Source of the DNA: Methanothermobacter thermautotrophicus
GTDB taxonomy: Archaea; Methanobacteriota; Methanobacteria; Methanobacteriales; Methanothermobacteraceae
DNA: 64,000 nt
Direction: 5' to 3'
Assembly: GCF_014889545.1 (NCBI RefSeq)
Contig: NZ_QKOF01000007.1
Coordinates: forward strand, 55,625 to 119,624
Shown: in pieces, positions 63,654 to 64,000 of the stretch
Numbering within the stretch: position 1 is the first letter of the stretch
Layout of the letters: each line of letters begins with the position of its first letter
Notes under the pieces: generated by a model
Databases searched by the model: none
What the model saw: only the letters and a program-made list of their open reading frames with translations
Told to the model about the DNA's origin: nothing
Program-made: the position numbers and the translations under genes

Positions 63654-64000
63654 TCATTCAGATTTTCTGGAGGATATGGCTTCAAGGAAACTTAAAATAT
63701 ACTCTGAATAGAGGTCGAAGTCTTCAAGGCGGTTTGCAAGGACCTCTGCAATTATGGCAGGGTCAACATCTGTATACATGTGGACAAGAATGTTTCTCAG
63801 ACCAGCAGCTTCAGAGAATCGCTCTGCAAATTCATGCGGAAGTATTCTGTGCTTTTCAAGGATCTCAATGATGTCTCTGTAGGTCTCGGGCTTTTCAAGA
63901 TCCTCCATTGAGATAATAATCTCCCCAGTATCCAGAGCAGATTCAATGGCGAGCTGGAGGTTTCTTTCAATTGCAGATCTCAGGAGGTAGTCCTCTGAAA
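63654..64000 (-). CDS. HepT-like (DUF86) HEPN ribonuclease toxin of a HepT/MntA-type toxin-antitoxin pair; 5' part runs off the window
   Basis: R-x4-H-x-Y HEPN motif GLRNILVHMY. The reading frame stays open upstream of the first Met to the window end (…DYLLRSAIERNLQLAIESALDTGEIIISMEDLEK…). Confidence 0.6.
   Translation of the reverse strand, partial: SEDYLLRSAIERNLQLAIESALDTGEIIISMEDLEKPETYRDIIEILEKHRILPHEFAERFSEAAGLRNILVHMYTDVDPAIIAEVLANRLEDFDLYSEYILSFLEAISSRKSE

Overview
The window looks like a chromosomal segment from a Methanobacteriales-type methanogen, most plausibly Methanothermobacter. This rests on about 50% GC, methanogen-style response-regulator output domains, a dTDP-rhamnose operon, bacterial-type UvrABC together with NucS and Lhr, and many CheY-PAS-HisKA_2 signalling proteins; it is an inference, not a database hit. 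Coding density is high on both strands. Recognisable blocks, in order, are: (1) MetX-like hydrolase, ferredoxin, M48 protease, NucS/EndoMS, a MoxR-VWA pair, HtrA, MntP and a nitrilase-family protein; (2) a four-gene carotenoid-like set (DUF422/CruF-like membrane protein, UbiA prenyltransferase, phytoene-synthase-like, CrtI/CrtD-like desaturase) next to a HEAT-repeat protein, a second UbiA and a metallophosphoesterase; (3) an Lhr-type helicase interrupted by a frameshift; (4) methyltransferase, flavodoxin, TrmO, cyclase, ArsR and HAD genes, then rmlD-rmlA-rmlC-rmlB; (5) a TetR gene followed by two tandem radical-SAM enzymes (SPASM-type and B12-binding type); (6) an N-glycosylation-rich DUF4097-like surface protein, a Yip1 membrane protein, an SPFH/stomatin protein, and a KaiC-like ATPase beside a REC-PAS response regulator; (7) uvrC, uvrB, uvrA; (8) a two-component island (HK, RR, REC-PAS-HK, RR with output domain); (9) a conserved hypothetical, a GT4 glycosyltransferase, a ChlI/ChlD fusion, an ECF transporter (S, T, fused A-A) and CobN; (10) a 1196-aa REC-multiPAS-GAF histidine kinase and a truncated PEP-utilizing protein; (11) an AT-rich accessory islet with small ORFs and a HepT-like toxin running off the window end. 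The points most worth a second look are the carotenoid-like cluster in a methanogen, the TetR-linked tandem radical-SAM pair, three tandem or near-tandem 45-54 bp duplications sitting exactly on gene termini (one creating a duplicated start codon upstream of cobN), a nested palindromic intergenic element, a hexanucleotide microsatellite inside a coding sequence, and the Lhr frameshift. No CRISPR array, transposase, rRNA or convincing tRNA was seen.
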